Source of the DNA: Protoeuglena noctilucae
Lineage: Eukaryota
Direction of reading: 5' to 3'
Assembly (NCBI GenBank): GCA_958009085.1
Contig: OY253674.1
Coordinates: 1,240,001-1,271,759 of the forward strand
DNA length: 31,759 nt
The notes below the pieces were generated by a model, which worked only from the letters and a program-made list of their open reading frames with translations, ran no database searches and was not told the DNA's origin. The translations under genes were made by a program, and so were the position numbers. Positions within the stretch are counted from its first letter, which is position 1, and each line of letters starts with the position of its first letter. Shown one piece after another: positions 1 through 9,561 of the stretch.

Positions 1-2215
1 CAGAGTGGGTGCGACGGAGATGACGGGCACTGGCACTTGCACTGCCACTCTCACCCGCACCCGCACCTGCACCCTCACTGCCACCACCCTCGCCACCACC
101 ACCGCCACTCTCACCAACCCCCCCCTTTGCCAGGCACACCTCGGACCCGGTCACCCTGGCGATGAGGGGCCCTGGGTTGCTGGGAGTGCCCCAGAACACA
201 TCGCACTGCACGGCACGCGTGGGGTATGCAACAGTCACGCATCTATCAACAGATGAGCGCAACTGTGACCCCATGCAGCGGCATACGGTCACCCCACTCC
301 CTCACTTCCCCACTCCCTCACTCACCACATGCAGTGGCATGCTGTCAAACCCACTCCACTCATCCACTCCCACTCACCACATGTAGTGGCATGTTGTCCA
401 CTCCCACGAAAGGCGCCGCCCAGGCATCCAACGCAGACAGCACCCGCCCCAGCCACCCATGCCGCTGTCGGGACTCATCACCACCCTCCCCCTTCACCCG
501 ACCACCACCACCCTCTGCCCCTCCCCGCACATCCTCTCCCCTCCCCAACCCCTCACTCCCCTCCGCCACTCCCCGCACACCCTCTCCCCTCCCCACCCCC
601 TCACCCCCCTCTGCACCCCCCCGCACATCCCCACTCTCCCTCTCCACACCCCCGCTCGGCAGCTCTCTCGCTCCCCACGTCAACTCCCCCCCCGCATGCC
701 ACGCCGCCCCCTCCGCCTCCCCCAGCCTCCTCCGCACCGCATGCGCCACCACCCGCCCCGCCAGCTCCAACTCCAAACATTCCCTCGTATCCCTCATGTT
801 GCTGGCATTATCCCTTTTACTTCTCACATCTCTGGCGTCCCCCACGCACCCCGGCAGCGAGGCCTCCCGCACCGCCCCCAGCGTCGTGCGCCCTGACACC
901 AGCTGCCAGAGATCGCCAGCAGTGGGGGAGGTGCGCGACTCCGCCTCGAAACCATCTGAGAGAGATGGGGGAGAGATGGGATGGGTGATATGCACAGACT
1001 GGGTGCGCAGGGGCGAAGCGTGATGTGGGAAGGGGTGGGGAGGGGCGCACGATGGCACATGGGCAGAGGGGCGAGTGAGGACAGCACTGCTCGGCTAATC
1101 AAGCGCAGTAATGGGGTCCAATGGTAGGAAGCGTCGCGTCTCACCTGGCAGCTCCCCCGCTTTCAGGTGCGATATGTCTGGCCCCAGGTATGCGTGGCGC
1201 ATGGCACCCCACAGCGCAGCCACCAGGGCATCGGGGAGAAGGGCGCCGATGACACTGCGACGGGGGGTGGGTGGATGACGACTGGCGACAATGATGGACA
1301 AAAATAGACAGATGACCCCACGCAGTCAAAACTGGTCAACCAGCAGTGCCCTCACAGCCCCCCCCGCACTCACCCCACGTCCCTCGCATCTTTCACAAAC
1401 CCCACGTCATTCCACCGCACTGCCCGGGCTGGGCTCCTGGGCCCCTCCACGCCCGCCCCCTTCTCCGCTCGCCAACCCCGCGCCCAGTCCAGCAACGTCG
1501 CCTCCTGGGCCCCCTGCGACGTTGAAACCAAGCATGGTATTCATACATCACAGCAAATAGCCCTGCCTGTCCGTATGCTACCGCATTTCTACTCCAAAGC
1601 GCCCCTCACCTCCGCACGCTCCCGCCGTCGCGCGGCCCATCGGTCCAGGCCATCCAATCCCCATCGCCATGGATGCTCCTCGAATCCCTCCGTGTGCTCC
1701 GTGAATTGGACGGGGCCCCGGGGCCGCCGATACACCCCGGCCGGGCCAAATGCGCGGCCGCGGTGGGGAGGGGCGCGATGAGCCGACCCGGGCCCGGCCG
1801 ACGCCTCGCCCGGCGCACGGTTGTCGCCATGACGTCGTGCGTATCTCCCTCCGATGCCTCCCGGACCGCCCGCGCCGTCCCCTCTGCGCAGGTGCGCGTC
1901 GTAAGCGCGGCGCGACACAGGGCTCCCCAGCACCCGCCGGGCGTCGACGAGGCGCTGGAAGACCTCCCCGCGACTTTCCTCCCACTCCCAGATCTCCGAC
2001 GCCGATCCCGTCGCGTGGCCGTGGTCCGAGCGGCGCTGCAGGTCGGGATGCAGCGCGCGGGCCCTACGACGGAACGCGCGGCTGATCTCCTCGGCGCTCG
2101 CGTCCGACGAGACGCCTAGAAGCTCGTAATGGGTCAGATCGCGCACGGACTGAAGCGAGCGCGGGCGCGCGGACGCTAGGGCGCGCGTAGCAGCCCTCGC
2201 CATGCCCGGCTGCAT
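1..2215 (-). CDS. DnaJ (J-domain) protein, multi-exon, 3' end runs off the window
   Basis: Exon 1 (2215-1610) encodes THYELLGVSSDASAEEISRAFRRRARALHPD...FQRLVDARRVLGSPVSRRAYD, a J-domain with the HPD motif. Phase-consistent GT-AG splicing joins exons 1513-1374, 1254-1145, 955-378 and 205-<1. The C-terminal part has no family I can recognise. Confidence 0.8.
269..398. repeat. Three-copy degenerate direct repeat (~52-56 nt period) spanning an exon end and splice donor
   Basis: cactcaccacatgcagtggcatgctgtc (319-346) vs cactcaccacatgtagtggcatgttgtc (371-398), 26/28 identical. A third, decayed copy catgcagcggcatacggtc lies at 272-290. Confidence 0.8.
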
Positions 2216-2404
2216 GGCTCTGCGACCGCCATGCCAGTCGTCTTCGCGGCGGGGCCTGTGAAAGCGACGTTGCGGAGTCCACGCAGCGCGGAAGGGCGCG
2301 GGGGCGGCGGTGCACCTCTGGCAGCGACATCACGTTTCAATGTTTGGGTCGTGTGCTACAGAGCCTAAGCTCGCAGGCAGCGCACTGAGAAACTCCATCC
2401 TCGC

Positions 2405-2959
2405 TGCAGCCACAGTGAGATTGTCCGTTGTACGATTTCAAGGGCTTCAACTTCGTCGTGGCGTACGGCTCCCCTCACATGTCCCGGTATGTGAAGGGGC
2501 AGTCTCCGCCCACGCCCAACGCGGGATTGCCTCACCTCACGCGCCCCGTAGGGTCTCGGTTGTAGATCTTGTCCTGCTTTACTTTCAACAGCAGAGCAGG
2601 ACGAGATCTACTGCAGAGACCCGACGGGGCGCGTGAGAACGCGAGGCGTGTGTTGCATGGGCGGAGACTCCCCAGCGGGGCCGGGCGCGGGTGCGGGCTG
2701 TGGACGGAGTGGTTTTCATGACGAGCCCTGCAACTTGTCGATGCATCGACGCCTTGCAGATCTCTGGCTGAAAACCACTCCGTCCACGGCCCCGCAGAAA
2801 CCGGGGAGGAGAGACTGCTGTGTGTGTCGACTTGCTATGCACTGCTCCGCAACGGGTCGGCCCGGCGAACCGCGGCACAGGGGTCGCGCACTCTGCGCGC
2901 ACGGGAACCACGACGATTTATTCAGGCGACAGGCTCGGCGTCACTCACTCACGGCTGCA
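2405..2959 (+). ncRNA. Putative large structured ncRNA or pri-miRNA-like locus with two long hairpins
   Basis: Hairpin A: 2501-2512 pairs with 2658-2669 (12 bp perfect) and 2536-2583 pairs with 2590-2637 (~48 bp with a few mismatches). Hairpin B: 2695-2718 pairs with 2769-2792 (24 bp, one G-U). Enclosing stems are 2405-2419/2944-2959, 2453-2461/2908-2916 and 2675-2686/2860-2873. G-U wobbles favour the + strand. No credible protein is encoded here. Confidence 0.6.
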
Positions 2960-3275
2960 CGGGCGGGCCGGATCCAAAGGGGTCACGCCCACCTCAGGAT
3001 CGGCCTCCCCCCGCCAACACCTGCCCGCGCCAGGGCCCAATCGCGCCTCTATGCGCTCCGAGAGAAAGAACAGAGGACGCGGGCACGGAGCCGCAGGGCC
3101 GGCGCGCCGCGGATGGCCGAGCAGGTTGAAAATTGAGGACACGAGGATTTTTGTGTCTACTCTCATGTGGCGATCGTTCAGCTTATTCCTCGCCGAAAGT
3201 GGCTCAGAAACATGGAAAATGTCGGCTCGGGTGCTAGGAAATGAATCAAAACGTTCGGCGCTTGCGCGTCACGCG

Positions 3276-5507
3276 TCAGACCTCCCACATTCCTGCGTCC
3301 ACCCGCAGTCCCGTGTGCCGCGCCCCCTCCTGCCGCAGCACGTACACCTCGCGCCCTGGCCGCAGATCCGTCACCGACACGGCCTCGTCGCCCTCCCCTC
3401 CCTCGGCCGGGCCCACCAGCCTGTTGCAAGACAGGGATGGGCGCGTGAGTGGGACAGATGGGTGGCAGTGACTTGCAGATGGTGGAGTGGCAATGCGACA
3501 TTCAAGCTCATCGCACCCCTCACCGCACCGTCTCTGCCTTCTGCACCACCACCGACACCGCGTCCCCCCCCGCCCCCTCCGCCTCCACCAGCACCATCGG
3601 CCGCCGCTCGATCTTCACCCGCCCCACCGTCGCCTCTCTCACGGGCGCGCCCCCCTCCCCCCGCGGCCCCACCACCGCCACCCGCGCCCCCGCCCTCAGC
3701 TCCGACAGGTACGCCGTGCGATCCCCCGCCGCCAGGCAGTAGGCGTGCACCGCCCCCGCGTTGACCCGGAAGGGCCGCGCGTTGACGTAGCCCTCCGCAT
3801 CCAAGCACTCGGAATGCACCAGGAACAGCGCCCTCGCGAAGTTGCCCACGAGCATCCCCTCCCCCGGCGACAGACGCTCCGTCAGATCCACGCACGCGCG
3901 GTCGCCCACCCCCGCGTCCACCACCCGCGCCACCCGCACCGCCTCTAACATAGCCATTCCCGGCCTCTCGGCGTTGTTAGCGCCACCACCACGCGTGTCG
4001 AGGTCGGCAGAGTCTAAGACCCCCACCCCTGTCGCCTGCCGGGGCGCTTGTGCTTGAGCTTGCGGTGCCGCCCCCCGCACGTGCATCCCCAGTGCGGCCA
4101 TACGCTCGGCCAGCCGCGTCACTTGGCCCGCCTCCTGGGTCCGCAGCACCACGCCGCCCACGCCCACCTCCAGCGCCGTCAACATCACCTCGGCCTCCTG
4201 AAGAGAGGGCAACGGGGACATCCACATGTCACATCAGCATCATTTCGGCCTCTTGAGGAAATGGCGATTGGGACATTCACATGTCACACCGCCACCCCTC
4301 CCCACATGCTGGCAGCAAGTCCCATACCACGTCTTGTGGCAAGCATTGAGTTTGGCCACGCAGCGTGTCTCTCGATGGGCATGCGCCCCCAGTTAGCAAT
4401 TTCTGTAACTGGAGACACGTGCGCATGCGAGAGGCATGCGACGCGGCTGAGCCCAGGACACGCCACAGAGCGGCGTATGGCATTCGATACCCGCATGCAG
4501 CTGCGATGGACCCCATTGCCACGCCCATGCATGCGTTGCCCATCCAATGCCACCCTCCCCTCACCCCCGCGTCCTCGACCGCAAACAGCAGCGCCGCCCT
4601 GGACCCCCTCGTCTGCGCAATGAGGTTCTCTGCCGGGATGATCTGCCAGTCCGTCGCCTCCACCACCAGATGGTAGCCGGGGGGGTGCTGGGGGGGGTAG
4701 GGAGACGGTGGCGATGAGACTTGTTATCGCTAGCTCCGATGCTAAGAGAGATAGATGCGATGATGCTCGCCATCGCCAGCTGCAATGCCACTTTACTCCA
4801 TCCACACTCACTCGCCCCCTCCCCTCACCTTCTTCCCCACCAGTCGGTCAGTCACCCCCCGCAGCTCCCCCGCTCCGCCCACCGACACCCACTCCCCCGT
4901 ACACTCCCACTCCCCCTCGCTCTCCTCGATCCCATCACTGAGAAACGTCACGCAGACGCCCCCCTCGCATCCCGGCAGCTCCGCGTCACCCGGCACGCGC
5001 AGAATGTCAGCGAGGGACGCGCCGGGCCCCACCGTACGCGACGCCAGCACACGCGACGGGCCCCGGGACGCACTACCGCTGTCGACAACGAAGGCGCGGA
5101 CGCCGTTGGCGATCGCGGCGCGGACCACGGCCTCGCTCGTCGTCATGACCCAGACATCCTGCGCGCTTCGTTCACAGGGGCGAAGAGAGGGTCTTGGACA
5201 TGCCAAACGTCTCTAATATGCTGCAGGACAGCTGCGGCAAACCAAGCGTGGCAATCGCTTCGTCTGTGCGTGGGAAACAGCGCACCTTTTCGACGAGCGA
5301 CGCCCGCGCCACTGCGTCGCGCGCCGAGGAACGATGGGCGCGATGGGTGCGCGAGGACGTCGACGGGGGGAACGTCGTCTCGCGGAGACGTGCTCTGGCC
5401 CATGGCGCAGGCGCTGCTCGTAGCCCGCATGGCCCGCATGCGCACGGGGCTCTGCCCCGCGAAGCAAGCGCAGAGGAGCATTGCGTGACCGCCAGTGACC
5501 TCGACAT
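3276..5507 (-). CDS. 3-dehydroquinate synthase II (PF01959 / AroB' type) with a probable plastid transit peptide
   Basis: Exons 5507-5286, 5158-4829, 4687-4565, 4197-3524 and 3420-3276 are all phase-consistent GT-AG. Family motifs: DWQIIPAENLIA, GDRACVD, GEGMLVG, FLVHSE, RPFRVNAGAVHAY, YLSEL, VGRVKIERRP, GARHTG. The N-terminus is S/R/A-rich. Confidence 0.92.
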
Positions 5508-5801
5508 GGTTCATACATCGACAACGCATCCCTAGCCGCGACGCAAACGACAATTGACGCGACCAGCTAGCGGCTTGCACCGCGTCAGAACCAGGGCTCG
5601 CTGGCACAAAGCGTCCTCCCGGCCGAACGCCGCTGCAAATGCGGCGGGACCTCGTCCGCCCTGTCACCCGCCGGTTCGTGCCTCCTGGACGCGTTGGCGA
5701 GACGCAGGGCACGATCCCCTCAGGCCAGCGACCATCGCTGCGCTCCCCGCGCTCGCCTGCCGCCCGTGGCTGTCGCCGCCGTGACGCATCGCAAGCTCAA
5801 G

Positions 5802-8800
5802 ATGCTTGTGAAGATTATGGATGGCCTCTTCATCGGCGACAAGGACGCCGACGCCGCCGCGATGGATCGACGCGTGACGCACATCCTCCGGCGAGCGCGC
5901 GGCCGCATAACAGCGGCCTTCGATCTGCAATTCGCGAGTTTGCTATCTAAAGTAATCGCCTCGCGTCACGCGCCATCCCCTCCCGCTCCCTCGCCGCAGC
6001 GTGGGTCCCTTTGATGACGTGCCCCCTCCTTGCCCCCCCGGCGCCGCTGCGCCTTCGGTGCTCGTCGTCCCGGTCGATGACACCGACGACGCGGATCTCC
6101 TGGACCGTCTGCCGCCCGCGGTGGACTTCCTCGACGCCGCCATCGATGCTTTCCGGGACCGCAGGAGCGGTGGGGCCATGGTGCAGTGCGTGGCGGGGGT
6201 GTCGCGGTGAGGGATGGTGGATGGTGCAGTGTGTGGGTCGCAATGCATGACAGTGGTGTGCTTGTCAGCCATGCCTTTCTCAACCCCCTCACTCCCTCTC
6301 TCTCCCCCCCAGTAGCGTGTCGGTGGTGTGTGCGTGGGCCATGCGCCGCCACGGCCTCTCCCGCGACGACGCCCTCTCCCGCATCCGCACGCGGCACCCC
6401 CCCGCATGCCCCAACGACGGTTTCATGCACCAGCTGGCCATGTGGGGGTCCATGGGGTGTCGTGTGGATGCCAAGCACCCGGAATACCGAAGGTGCCAGT
6501 GGTGTCAGGGGACACAATCTCTGCTTGTGTTTGTGTGTGGGAACGAGTCACGGTGTCAAATTCACACCATGTCAGCACTTCACTCTGCCCCTCCCATATG
6601 CTACGCCTGCCTTGCTGCCACTCGCAACCACACCCGCGCCTCATCACATGCTCCCTCACCCATCTCCACTCCCCACACACCCCATCATCCCTCTCCTCCC
6701 CCCCAGGTTTTGCCTGGAGCAGCTGGGCGTGGATCACCGCGACGGTGCAGGCGTGGGCGAGGAGAGGCTGGCAGCGGACCCGGGGGCAGAGGGGGCGTCG
6801 TTGCATGGGAGTAACAATGACGATGTCAGTGGCAGTGGCAATGGGAGTAACAATAACAATGGGGGTAACAGTGGCAACACCAACCCCGGTGACCTGTACC
6901 GTTGCCGGTCGTGTCGACGGATGCTGTTTGGCGAGGGGAACGTCGTGCCGCCGGTGAGAGAGGGGGGGGGGGGGAGGTTACTTGATTAGCATGTAATTGT
7001 GCTTATCTCTGTCTACCTGTGCTCTTTCTCATATCTGTGTACCTGTGCACGTGTTCATATCCGTGTGCCCATGCATGCATATCCATCCCTCGCATATCTT
7101 TTGACAGTTATTCCCAATTCATCCGCAGTCGTCTGCCACCGGCTGGTCCCGATTTAAGCACGGGAGGGGACCCGCACGCCCACCACCGACCACAGCGAGT
7201 GCGGACGGGGGTGCGGGTGCCCATTCCCCATCGTCGCTGTTCCTGGAGCCGATGCGGTGGATGGAGGGGGTGCTGGGTGAGAGAGAGGGTTAGATGCGTG
7301 GCAAAAGGCGAAAGTAAGATGGATGCAATGCACTTCAGTAGTGGGTGACAGAGTATCGCCCACACCCACGCATCTGTCGCACCCTCCCTCCCCCCCTCAC
7401 AACATCGAACCCACCCACTTCCCCCACACCACCCACCCCCTCTCAGTCCCCCCTAACCCCAGGCTCCCCCCGTGGCAAGCTCTACTGCCCCTCGTGTCAC
7501 GCGCGCCTGGGATCCTTTGACTGGGCGGGGCTGCAGGACGAGAGGGGGCAGTGGGTGACGCCCGCGTTTCAAGTGCACAGGAGCAAAGTGGATGGGGGGG
7601 ACGGGGTGGGGGTGGGAGGGGTGGGAGTGGGGGTGGGCAGTGGGGTGGGGGGCGGTGTGGGAGGGAGTAAGGGGTTGGGCGGTGTAAGCGGTGTAACCAG
7701 CGGGGGTATGGGAGGGGTGGTGGCAGATGGGGTACAGGGCGGCACTGCACATGGTGTTTCCAGTGTGGGTCGTTTCGATTTCGTGATCTTCGACTGCGAC
7801 GGTGTGCTGGTCGACTCGGGTGAGGCAGCCGTGCCTATGTAGGCATGCATGCATGACATGGGGCTTGTGTGTGTAACAGTAGTGGTGGTGGTGGTGGTGA
7901 TACACCACCAAGTCTCTCCATCTGCCTAACTGTGTCCATCACCCCACCCAACGCCACCCCACCACATCACCATCCATTCCCTATTCTGTCTTCCCCTCAG
8001 AGCCCATCTCCTGCCAGTCCCTCGTGCTAGCCATCCACGCGGCCACGGGTGTCACCGTGCCTGGGTCATACCCGGATGACTTCGCGGCAGTGCAGGGGAT
8101 GGACGTCAAAGGGTGCGTGGGGCACTACAAAGCACAGATGGGGGTGGAGTGGGACGTGGAGGCGGTGGCGGGTGAGGGGTGTGGAGCGTGTATGTGGGTA
8201 GGGCATGGGTGCTGTGTCGTGGCTGGGCGGAGGTGGCAAGTATGGTGTGCCGCTTCACCTCGCTCTTGGGTTCTACTAAACTCAATCCCGCTGCCAATCC
8301 CTCATCCACCTCACCCATCTTCAATCCTCACTGATCCCCGCCTCCCCCCCAGCCGAGGTCTCCCGTCTCAAAGACGGCATCTACGCCCGCCTCGCCGACC
8401 AGCGCGGCATCGCGGCCATCCCAGGAGCAGCATCTCTGATTGAAGCATTGCGTGACAGGGGGTTGCCGTACGCACTGGGGTCGTCCGGGTCCCCTGCCAA
8501 GATCAAACGCAACCTGGCCACGAGCGGGCTCATATCTTTGTTTCACCCAAAACAGGCGAGGGGGGGGGGGTTGTGTGTGGGTGTGGGTGTGGGTGTGTGG
8601 GAGCAGCGCAGGTGTGTGGGTGTGTAAGGGAAGGACCCAAGCCTTTGCCTCACTCACTCTTACTCCCCCTCACTCCCTCCCCTTTCTCCAGGTCGTGAGT
8701 GCCTCGATGGTCCCCCGCGGCAAGCCCCATCCCGACATCTACCAAGAGGCCATGCGGCGCATGGGGTGCCAGGACCCACGAAGGGCGATGGTGATTGAGG

Positions 8801-9149
8801 ACGCCGTGCATGGGCTGGCGGCTGCGAGGGCGGCGGGGGCATTCGCGGTCGGGATTACCACGTCAGGTGAGGCTCTATGGCATTTGAGTGGTCATGGGGT
8901 GTCCATGGTTGTGGGGTGGTTGCGTGGGTGCTGGTAAGGCGATGACCGTGTGGGGTGGTGCTTAGAGTACTGTCGGGTCATGTATCGGTGTTGCTATGCG
9001 AGTGACATAAAAAGTGTTGCATTCTCGTCCCTCCACCCATCCACGCAGCCCCTCGCTCCGTGCTCGCCCCCCATGCCGATGCGGTCATTGACAGCCTGGC
9101 AGAGGTGATACAGCTGATGGGGTGGGGAGAGGGAGAGGGGGATGCGTGA
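5802..9149 (+). CDS. YVH1/DUSP12-like dual-specificity phosphatase fused to a C-terminal HAD-superfamily (CbbY/beta-PGM-like) hydrolase
   Basis: Exons 5802-5890, 6000-6206, 6313-6492, 6707-6953, 7129-7276, 7463-7819, 8001-8171, 8353-8555, 8692-8866, 9049-9149. DSP motifs: GLFIG, VQCVAGVSRS, PNDGFMHQL. YVH1 zinc-domain motifs: YRCRSCRRML, SLFLEPMRWM, GKLYCPSCHARLGSFDW, WVTPAFQVHRSKVD. HAD motifs: VIFDCDGVLVDSE, LGSSG, GKPHPDIY, VIEDAVHGLAAARAAG. Confidence 0.88.
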
Positions 9150-9410
9150 TGGCATGGATGGGAATGGTGGAGAGAGCGCAGGGTTGATGGGCAGACTAGC
9201 CGCGTGCACGTGTGGGTAGCTTGTCGCCTTCCCAACACAGCATGGATGGAGCAGCGTAGAGGCAACGCATGCACTGCACAGTGACTCAGGAGATCGCTGA
9301 ATGACGTGTTGACTGTCATCGCTTGACTGCTGAGGCTGTCGCTTTCAAAGCGTGGAAGAGCGGCGGGCGGCTAGCAGTCCCAGGGTGTGGCAGCCTGCGC
9401 CAGCGACGTC

Positions 9411-9561
9411 GCAATGACTGGCCTGGGACGGAGAGACGCGGCAATGACTGACCGGGGGTCAAGAGACGAGGCAGCCTGACCGGGTGCCAAGTGACAAGGC
9501 AGCCTGACCTGACCGGGTGTTAAGAGGCAAGTCAGTCACTGGCCGGGGGTCAACAGGGGCG
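9411..9561. repeat. Degenerate ~30-bp minisatellite, 5 units
   Basis: Units include gcaatgactggcctgggacggagagacgcg, gcaatgactgaccgggggtcaagagacgag, gcagcctgaccgggtgccaagtgacaag, gcagcctgacctgaccgggtgttaagaggcaag and tcagtcactggccgggggtcaacagggg. They share the core ctgRccggg...aaga. Confidence 0.7.

Noticed and set aside
2370..2400. TPP riboswitch (CTGAGA motif)
   Set aside because: It lacks the downstream TGAACCTGA and AGGGA elements and the required stems.
3088..3127. SRP RNA helix 8 (CAGG...GAGCAGG), and a similar GAGCAGCG on the minus strand near 9880
   Set aside because: There is no correctly spaced tetraloop-capped helix, no helix 6 and no Alu domain.
2300..3250. Telomerase RNA as the identity of the structured region
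   Set aside because: No CTAACCC/CCCTAA-type template on either strand here or in the other intergenic gaps. The only CCCTAACCC outside the telomere (7451-7459) lies at an intron branch point/acceptor.
9411..9561. CRISPR-like array
   Set aside because: The units are degenerate and contiguous with no unique spacers, the context is eukaryotic, and there are no cas genes.
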